In this document: one piece after another, positions 54,142 through 64,000 of the stretch | Numbering within the stretch: the stretch's first letter is position 1 | How the letters are laid out: each line of letters begins with the position of its first letter | NCBI GenBank assembly: GCA_951406725.2 | Contig: OX597836.1 | Coordinates: 50,034,001 to 50,098,000, forward strand | Reading direction: 5' to 3' | DNA length: 64,000 bases | Source of the DNA: Octopus vulgaris | Lineage: Eukaryota | Translations under genes and position numbers: made by a program | The notes under the pieces: generated by a model | Databases searched by the model: none | The model's input: only the letters and a program-made list of their open reading frames with translations | What the model was told of the DNA's origin: nothing

Positions 54142-56851
54142 TACATAGATACACATGTACATACAGTGAGAGTAAGGAAGATAGAAAGAGAAGATAGGGA
54201 CTGAGACACAGATATAGTTGTACATTGCTACACACTTATGAATATATGGCAAGGAGCATGTGTGTGTGTGTGTGTGCGTGTGTGCAAGAAAGTTTTGGTA
54301 GGAATGTACACACACACACACATGAACAGAGAAATATCATACACATAGAAACAGATGTTTGTGTCATTGCAGAGAGGCAGGGTGGTGGGTGGAGAGACAC
54401 GACAGTGGTGGCGGTGGTGGTGGCGGCGGCGGTGGTGGTGGCGGAGGTGGCGGCGGCGGCGGCGGTGGTAGTAGTGGTGGTGGTGGTGGTGGTGGTGGTG
54501 GTGGTGTCAATGAAGAAGAATAGAAAGAGAGAGCAACAGAGTCAGTAGAGGTCTAACAAAGGGACCACTGAGAAGCTTAGGCAGGGTTCTAGCCTTAATC
54601 CCTGTTGTTGCTGTTGTTGTTGTCATTTATTCTCATTGATTTCACTTGGAATGTTTGAACCTTTGAAATAATATATTTCCTGGGTGCAGATGCTGCTAAT
54701 CCCTGCTTTAGCCCTTATTACCTATGAAATCCTTCTCTGTTAGTTACCTGTGATCCCATTACACCACTCGTGCATTAATCCTTTATGCTTGGGTAATCCC
54801 TATTGTGTTCTTACCAATTCCTTTTCTGTTTATCAAGAATGGTTGCCACCAAGATGGCAGGAAAGTCTTTACTTTAATGATAGTTTCAACTAGAATAATT
54901 CTAGGATTCTAGGTTTGGTATCCTTGTTTGGAAACTCTTCACAAGTTCTCTGACTGATTCCTTTGGGAGAATTGATTCATCAACGTTCAGGACTTCTAAT
55001 GGACAACTGGTCAAAACAGAACGATTTGGCCCTGGCCGACTGGACACTCAACCCGTTTTGGTGACAACACTTTGGTGCTGGAGGCAAAACACACGCACAC
55101 ATACACACACACACATGTACACACACACACACATGCGTGTTCATTGAAGAATGTAGCCAGCACAAAGAAAGAGCTGTGAAGATGTATTTAGGCCAGATCT
55201 GATGATATTGGCACAAGGCCAGCAATGAGGGAGTAAGTCAATTACATCAACCCCAGAGCTTTACTGGCCCCAAAAGCAAAGTCAACCTTGACGTGCCCAG
55301 TTTGCTAATGGTTCTGTGAGGTCCCCACTTTGACAGATCTGTTAATGTCAGTTCCTTCAGCACTGAGATGTTTTCACAATCTAAACTATAAACCAGAAAT
55401 GATGGTCAGTTCTAAAACTTGTTTCTTATCAATTTGTTACCAAAGTATTGCTGTTGCTGGGGCTGAGGCACCTGAGTTTTTCCAAGTTGCAGGAATGCTA
55501 TGGGAACCAATCTCTTCCACTCTTCTCATTAGTGGGGCTGAGAAGACTCCCACTGGTCTGGGAAATAATTAAAGTTTGGTGCAACTTGCAGGTAACTGCT
55601 TCACTTGTTTCGTAATCTTTTTGGCACCCGCCGGCTCTTCCGAATTTGGTTGACGTTGAGTGTGAAAGTTGTGTGCTTGATCCTGTTGGCTACTTGCACC
55701 CCTTGTTAGCAGACAAGCTGATATTTGGTGGCTAGTTTAGTGCCCAGCATAGGTTTGGTTTTGATGTTTAGCTTCTGAAAATACTTCAGGCCTAATCTGT
55801 GGCTGACCCCAATGTGAGACCTTCATTAAATCACTGCTCTCATATTGAGAATGGAGTTGTTGTTGTTGCAGTCTTTGGCTGCATCCAGTTGACTGATAAA
55901 GACTGCAACCCCCCCCCTGCCCCCAACACACTGGAGCTCACAGGTCACTGTTTCTATATAATTATTTGATTTGTTAGAAATAGCACCAAAATCTTCCTCA
56001 AATTACAGCCTGCCGTTTAGAAATAAGAGAGACACATTTGATTGTGTAGTTCTGGTCACTCTCTGTTCAAATAAAGCCAGAATATTTGGTCAAAGGTCAA
56101 ATGTGAGTTACAACAACAACAACAACCACAACTAGTTTGATGCCACCACAACCAACAACACCAAGACCACTAATCCTCTAATAAAAGATGATATGGTCAT
56201 GGCTGGAATGTCTTTGACTGTAAGTCTACTTGATGAAGCCTGACCTGGGGCTAAAAACAAAATCAACCTCTGTTCCTTTTTCCTGTCTTTTCTCTTCTGA
56301 TTGTAATAGCCCTTGCTCCCCACAAATAACCCCTTTATCCAAATCCACCCCCTACCCCACTGCAAGAAACATCTGCTGCTGCTTCTCACAAACAAATGAG
56401 AGAACTTCTACATGGTCATGCAACCTGCTAGAAATAGGAGCCAAATTCCACTGAAGATTAGATGATGTGGTCGAGGGTTCTCTGCACATTGAGTAAAAAT
56501 GGGTTCATTAGAGGTGGAATGCTTTTGATCACAGGTCTCATGGATCAAAACTGACCAGGGGCTAAACAATAACAGTAACACTGTCTTACATGAGTCAGTG
56601 ACAGAACGTCTATGTGTAGTTGCTGGACCTGCTGAAAAGAGTAGCTAGATCGTTTCTAAATATGACCCTCCTGTCCTAAACAAATTGCATTGAGACACTG
56701 AATGATGTAGTCCAAGATAGCCAATGCATTGAAAGCAAAAGAAGACAGAATGATGGGAGCTGAAAATGCTGTCAGATCTGGTTTAAAGATGAAAGCCATT
56801 TTGTTTGACGAAAGTCCTTCAAGGCATTGCTCCAGCATGGCCTTAGTGGAA

Positions 56852-57215
56852 GGTGGTGGTGGTGCTGGTGGTGCTGGTGGTGGTGGTGGTGGTGGTGGTG
56901 CCGGTGGTGCTGGTGGTGCTGGTGGTGCTGGTGGTGCTGGTGGTGCTGGTGGTGGTGGTGGTGGTGGTGGTGGTGGTGGTGGTGGTGGTGCCGGTGGTGC
57001 TGGTGGTGCTGGTGGTGCTGGTGGTGCTGGTGGTGGTGGTGGTGGTGCTGGTGGTGCTGGTGGTGCTGGTGGTGGGTGGTGCTGGTGGTGGTGGTGGTGC
57101 TGGTGGTGCTGGTGGTGCTGGTGGTGCTGGTGGTGGTGCTGGTGGTGCTGGTGGTGCTGGTGGTGCTGGTGGTGGTGGTGGTGGTGGTGCTGGTGGTGGT
57201 GGTGGTGGTGGTGAT
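56852..57215. repeat. (GGT)n/(GGTGCT)n compound trinucleotide repeat
   Basis: Directly visible; source of the spurious poly-G/A, W/C, V and H/Q ORFs. Confidence 0.95.
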
Positions 57216-57701
57216 GATGTGGTAGGAGGATGACAATGATGTCATTGGATAATGTGGTCTATGATTCCCTACACACAGGAAAAAGATATGATGGTCATGG
57301 CTGGAATATATTTGATTATAGGCTTGCTCGACCAGAACCAACCTAGGGCTAAACAGCACCAACAAAAGCAATGACAACCACCACCACCACCACCACCACC
57401 ACCACCATACACAGCCAACAAAACATCCCATCAGCACCACTAGCACACACACACCACAACCACCACCACAACCACCACCACCACCACTGCTACCACTTCA
57501 TGGACTATTTTTATATCTTATTTTATATTTATTATTTATTTTGTTGTTATTTCACTTTTAGTTTTGTTAGTATTTATAGAATAATAAAGATTCCTTCCCA
57601 CACAGTTGCTTACAGGCTTCTGGGCCCGACCCTTACTCTCTCTCTCTCTCTCTCTTTGTCACTCACTCTTTTCTTGCTGTGTGTTCATACAGTATATATA
57701 C

Positions 57702-57761
<60 letters not shown>

Positions 57762-57768
<7 letters not shown>

Positions 57769-57998
57769 TACTTAATATAATTAAGGGCTCAGTAAAATAA
57801 TTTACTTTGCCACCTACTGAAATTTTTAGAAATAGCAGCCAAAAAGTTTCTTTAGCCATTTCTACTACTTTCAGAAGAATCTCCCTGATAGTGCTTACCC
57901 AAAAATAGTTCACGAAGATCTGGAGGGAAAACAACAAAATATTACAAGTACAAAGTAAATTATTTTACTGAGCCCTTAATTATATAACGTAATATTTT
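57762..57998. repeat. Inverted repeat with about 45-bp arms next to (TA)n
   Basis: aaaatattacttaatataattaagggctcagtaaaataatttacttt versus aaagtaaattattttactgagcccttaattatataacgtaatatttt. Confidence 0.8.
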
Positions 57999-58082
57999 GA
58001 ATACGCCTTGAATGGTCCTTTTACATACTGAACACTACTTGGTGAAATTAATTAATAACTAATTGATTTTACCCTTAATTAT

Positions 58083-58127
<45 letters not shown>

Positions 58128-58199
58128 TAGATGTACATATATATATATAAACACAAGTATGTATATGCATGTGAATGTTCACATTTATCTATATATCAC

Positions 58200-58453
<254 letters not shown>

Positions 58454-60620
58454 GATGCGCTACATCATAGACAGGGTAGTTAAGGAACCTGGCATAGGTG
58501 GGGCAATGATCAATTTGGATCAATCAAAAGCTTTCCATAGGGTAGACCATTGAGACTTGGAGACTGTCCTCAGAGCAGCTGGCTTCGGTCCCGTCTTCCG
58601 CGGCTGGCTTCGGTCCCGTCTTCCGCGGCTGGCTTCGGTCCCGTCTTCTACGGCTGGATAGCCACTTTGTACAGAGGCATCCGTTCGGTAATTCGCGTAA
58701 ATGGACATCTATCGAGACCTTTCGACATCGCACGTTTGGTCCGTCAGGGATGCCCCCTCTCGTCGCTTCTCTACGTATTGACTCTCGAGCCATTATTGCG
58801 GAAGCTGGCAACTCTGAGGGGCATCCCACAAGAACTGGGATGTGGAACGAGCGTGTCTGCATAAGCGGATGACGTCACCATCATAGTATCAAGCCACGAG
58901 CACATCGAGCAGGTCGGCGAGACACTGAAAAACTATGAAGCGGTGACAGGAGCGAAAATCAACCGGGAAAAATCAGTGGGCTTGCGACTCGGCACCTGGA
59001 GAAGCAAGCCCATGCCGTCCACCAGCGCCTCCGTCGTGGGACGCTGGACCGACGGTCCGGTCGAGTTGCTCGGGGTCTGGTTTGGTCCGAACCTCCAAAT
59101 GGAGAAGAACTGGAACGAGATAACGAGTAGGGTGGTCACTCTCGCCTGGCAATGGGCCGAAAGGAAACTGTCCCTAAAAGGTCGGGGCGGAGGTGGCGAA
59201 CACGTACATCGCGTCCATCATCTACTACCGCCTGACCGTCGTACCTTGTCCCGACCCTACCATCACCAAACTAGAACGCATCCTCTTTCGCTTCTTGTGG
59301 AAAGGATGTGTCCCGATGGTCAGGCGATCCATTTGCTGTCAACAGCCATTAAAAGGTTGATGATGCGCAGACACACCATGGTTGATGATGTGCAGACACG
59401 CTCTGAGACTGCGACATCTCAGGCTCTACGTAGATGACGGTGAACAGGTGTGGTCGTCGTTTGTGAGGCACGCTTTCCCGCAGCTCGTCTCCATGACCGA
59501 ACTGCAGTTGTGGATCAAAAAGAGGCCAGGGAAGGGCGAATGGCACCACAAGTGTTGCGTTGCTCTCAAGCAACTCTGCCGTCCCAGGTCGATCTTGAGT
59601 GACTCCAACACAGCCCAAGCATTCTATAGGGGATTAGTGGAGGGGAAGTACGACGATTAGCTCGGGGCGAACCTGGACGTCGATGAGGAATACCTGACCT
59701 GCCTGTTCGGGATGACTTTCGGACCTGGGCCCATGGACAACTTCCAGAGATCCCTGGCCTGGCAGTGCTACCGAGAGGCACTACCCATTCGGGATAAGCT
59801 CTACAGACATGGCTCGAGAAACATGGGGCTGACCTGCCTGAGATGTAGTCAGAGCGACGAAACCGTTCTGCACGCAATCGTGCAGTGTCCAACAATCTCT
59901 GACCTGTGGGCTTATGTCGAACAACTGCTGTCATGTGTGGGACGAGTCGGTTTATTAGCCGAGTCTATCGTCAATATTGTCATGCCTCCTTCCTTCAAAC
60001 AGGAAGGAAGAGCTATTTTCATCATCCTTGTGACTATGGCGACAGAATGTATCTGGTGGATGTGTCTGAAAGGATTGGAGACAAACACTTTCCTCTCTGG
60101 TCAATCTCTCATCAACTTCTTCAAGTATCACTTGAAAAGGAAAGTGAGAGTAGAGAGGCAAGTTTTGTCTAGCGAATGTTTTAAAAAAAGATGGGTGAAT
60201 GTAGCAAGGATGGCACGTATGAATGATGAAGCCACCTTGAGCATAGTCCTATGAACCCGGAAATTTAAAACAGAGGGTTACCCACTTGCAAATAAATGTG
60301 GTAACATGTAACAATATTGACCGAGGTTACCGTGGTCTTTTCCATAAGCTTTTCTTCCCACGGATAAACCTTATCTGCTTCCCCCTTTACACCTTACATC
60401 ATGACACTGTGATACACAATCCCTATTGATCGTTTTTTTCCACTTTTTCCTTTTTCTTTTCTTTTGTTTCTTTTCCTTTTTTTCTTTTTTTTCTTCTTTC
60501 CCTTTTACGATCCCTTTTGATCGAAAACCTACCCCACTATTTTTTTTCCCCCAAAAAGAAAAGCTCTACTTTGTAATCTGTCCCGTCTGTGTGCAGTCCT
60601 GTGTGGCTAATAAAGAAACA
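58454..60620 (+). mobile_element. 5'-truncated Tx1/L1-clade non-LTR retrotransposon (RT, zinc-binding region, 3' UTR), inactivated
   Basis: [29 protein letters not shown] (YADD with nonsense codon at 58862), GAKINREKS, CLRC...ETVLHAIVQC; ORF2 stop at 60254; T-rich 3' UTR with AATAAA at 60609; (TATC)n on both sides. Confidence 0.93.
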
Positions 60621-60738
<118 letters not shown>

Positions 60739-60930
60739 GCTAGCTAGCTGTCTAACCATCAGTCTGTCTGTCTAACTATCAGTCTATCTGAACAAATACA
60801 TAAACTTGGAAACCCCAAAGTGCTGACAGAATGAATCAACTTCTTCCAACGAAGAAATCAAATCAACCGCAACGATTAAGGAGTGAGCACTCTCCCTTTT
60901 CTAGCCTCAAATACACACACACACAGATGG

Positions 60931-60968
<38 letters not shown>

Positions 60969-61269
60969 TACACATGTATGTACGTGTGTATCCATGTATG
61001 TATATAATATACACTCCACTTATCTGAAAACTTTATCTAGCAGCTGAACAGAAACTAAAGTAGTATAAAGTTGTACAGGTACCAAGTTGTACTTTGCCAA
61101 AGTTAACAGAGAAGGATATGTACTTTGGAATGAACAAAGCAACCCCACCCCCGCTCCTCCTCTTCCCCACCCTCTCTCTATAATCTGTATATTTTCTTTT
61201 CTCTATTCTTTCTCATATTTTTAAACATATTCACGTGTGTGTGTGTGAGTGTGTTTATGTATATATATT

Positions 61270-61305
<36 letters not shown>

Positions 61306-62264
61306 TTATACATGTAACTTAAATCAGTAAAACATCAACTATCCGATGATACTCAATCCATACTTTAATACACCATTACATATGAGTAAAGGCAATATAT
61401 AAAATGAAATGAGATATACAGTAATAGTAAAAAGATAAAGAGATATAAGTATTCAAATATATATGCAAATAAATCAAAACTGACAGCTATATATATATAT
61501 ATAAATGAGGCATTAACAAGGATGCCCCACGGCCTCTTCAGAGAATAAATTAAATTTGTTATAATAGTGAAAAATATTATATAATCATATACATATAAAT
61601 ATAAAAATATAAAAATATAAAATATAAAAACTTATACATCATAATGCTACACTTATGTATATAATACACATTTGACAAAAAGGAAGGTAAACAGAACAAA
61701 ATATATAACAGTGTATATATTAATATTAATTTAATTCTCTGAAGAGGCCGTGGGCATTAATGCATATATATATATATATATATATAATTATACATGTAAG
61801 TATGTATATATATATTAATATATATATATATATATAATACAATACATATATATGTATGCATGTATATATATATATATACATATATATATATGCATGTATG
61901 TATTAGTAACTTTTGCTATATCTTTCTATCTATATATCTAACCATGTGTGTGCGTGTGTATACATATATTATATATATACACATTTACACACACACACAC
62001 ACGCACACACATATATACATTTACATATGCATGTATATAAATATATATGTATATGCATATATATATGTATGTATGTATCTGTCTATCTATATATATGTGT
62101 GTACATATATATATGTGTACATATATATGTGTACATATATATATATGTGTGTACATGTATATATATATATATATATATACATGCATATACATATATATAC
62201 ATGCATATATATATATATATATATATTCTCCACACACACACACATAGATATATGTATGAATAGA

Positions 62265-62630
62265 AACAAAGAGATGACACCAGAAAAACCAAATGTTATG
62301 CAATGAGCTCCATTAGCTTATAGCTGTTTCTGCTGTAAGATGTGGTGGACTCTTAGTTAAGTACCAGGATAACATCCAATAGCTTCATCAGAGTCTTGAA
62401 TATGAAGTGGACTTTATTTGAGAACGTTACATTTCCAGATGCCTGTACATTCAGAAAATGTAACTTTCCCAAATGAAATCCACTTCATATTCAGGGATCT
62501 GATGAAGCCATAGGATAATATCCTGGTACTCAACTAAAAGTCCACCACATCTTACAGCAGAAACAGTTGTGAGCTAATGAAGTTCCTTACATGACATTTA
62601 ATTCATTTGGTGTGTCACCTCTTTGTTATC
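62265..62630. repeat. Long imperfect palindrome (arms about 170 bp, centre near 62445)
   Basis: ctgtttctgctgtaagatgtggtggact...gtaccaggata...gcttcatcag pairs with ctgatgaagc...tatcctggtac...agtccaccacatcttacagcagaaacag. Confidence 0.85.
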
Positions 62631-63293
62631 TTACCACTTTTGCACTCATCCAATATTGTGTTCTGGACAATACCATATATTGAGTTCTACTCCAGGTTCT
62701 TAGTCTCGCTATGTCTAAGCGAAATATTAATTATCATCATCATCATCATCATCAGCTTCATCGTTGTTTAACGCCTGCTTTCTATGCTGGCATGGGTTGG
62801 ATGGTTTGACTGAGAACTGGCAAGGTAGGAGGCTGCACCTGGTTCCACTCTGATTTGGTAAGGTTTCTACTGCTGGATGCCCTTTCTCTGAGAGTGTGGT
62901 GGGTGCCTTTTACATGCCACTGGCATGGGTGCCAGTCAGGTGGCACTGGCATCAACCACGCTTGAATGGTGCTTTTTGTGTGCCAGTCAGGCGGCACTGT
63001 CATTGGCCATGACTATGATCTCACCTGGCTTTCTGGGTCTCCTCAAGCACTGAATATCTCCAAAGGTCTCGGTCATTTGTCATTGCCTCTGTGAAGCCCA
63101 GTGTTCAAAGGTCATGTTTCACTACCTCATCGCATGTCTTCCTGGGTCTCCTTCTTCCACAGGTTCCCTCCACTTTTAGGGTGTCACACTTCTTCATACA
63201 GCTCTCCTCATCCATACGCAGTACACACACACCTGATACTTCTTATGCTTCTTATTAATATGTGTGTGTGTATTGATATATAAATACACACAT

Positions 63294-63342
<49 letters not shown>

Positions 63343-63383
63343 ATATATATATACATATATGTATACATATATATATATATGTG

Positions 63384-63448
<65 letters not shown>

Positions 63449-63469
63449 GTATACATATATATATATGTG

Positions 63470-63508
<39 letters not shown>

Positions 63509-63621
63509 GTATATATATACAGAGAGAGGGAGAGACAGAAAGAGAGAGAGAAAGAGATAGATAGATATGTACACATATACATATACATATATATATGTAT
63601 ATATATATGTATATATGTATG

Positions 63622-63689
<68 letters not shown>

Positions 63690-63751
63690 TAGATAGATAT
63701 ATATATGTGTATATACATATATATATGCGTACATATGCATACACACACACA

Positions 63752-63792
<41 letters not shown>

Positions 63793-63816
63793 ATATACAT
63801 ATATATATGCATACAT

Positions 63817-63847
<31 letters not shown>

Positions 63848-64000
63848 CATATATATATATATATATATATATATCTGTCTCTTCCTCTGACTATGTATCT
63901 CTCTCTCTGTTTTTCCCCGCATAGACTGTCTAGTTAACAAATTCACTTCATAATCACATAATTGCAAGTTCAATCCCTCTGCTTGGCTCTTTGCACAACA

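Noticed and set aside
56729-57452. Gly/Ala-rich, His/Gln-rich and Trp-rich ORFs (silk- or beak-protein-like)
   Set aside because: Several frames on both strands are open because of the GGT/GCT repeat; a frameshift occurs mid-repeat and the flanks are SINE remnants.
58581-58655. Direct repeats that might suggest a CRISPR-like array
   Set aside because: Head-to-tail 25-bp copies with no spacers, inside a eukaryotic LINE ORF.
63194-63973. Many YI/CV/HT-repeat ORFs here and throughout the window
   Set aside because: Dinucleotide microsatellite translations.

Overview
Eukaryotic, AT-rich genomic DNA saturated with microsatellites. The repeat content (tRNA-derived SINEs, mariner relics, (TA)n/(CA)n fields) strongly suggests an Octopus/coleoid cephalopod genome; this is inference. 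Almost all ORFs in the supplied track are microsatellite artefacts. The real gene is one multi-exon, minus-strand protein-coding gene. I assembled nine GT-AG exons by hand with matching phases: 43396-41290, 36622-36542, 27738-26649, 25711-25578, 22609-22449, 19880-19778, 18467-18391, 15849-15637 and 13174-13051 (4090 nt, about 1363 aa, both ends uncertain). The product is an uncharacterised low-complexity/coiled-coil protein with a three-times repeated F-x-x-K-h-x-[EQ]-W-E-x-x-K motif and two basic Trp helices. Introns and flanks hold three decayed Tc1/mariner elements, CR1/L2 fragments, a Helentron-type non-autonomous element and several SINE families. There is also a 5'-truncated Tx1/L1-clade LINE sitting exactly inside a (TATC)n microsatellite. 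The most interesting non-coding signal is a set of minimal hammerhead-ribozyme folds (Penelope/retrozyme type), several in long inverted-repeat mini-elements next to (TA)n or (TG)n tracts. A pre-miRNA-sized hairpin lies near the window start.
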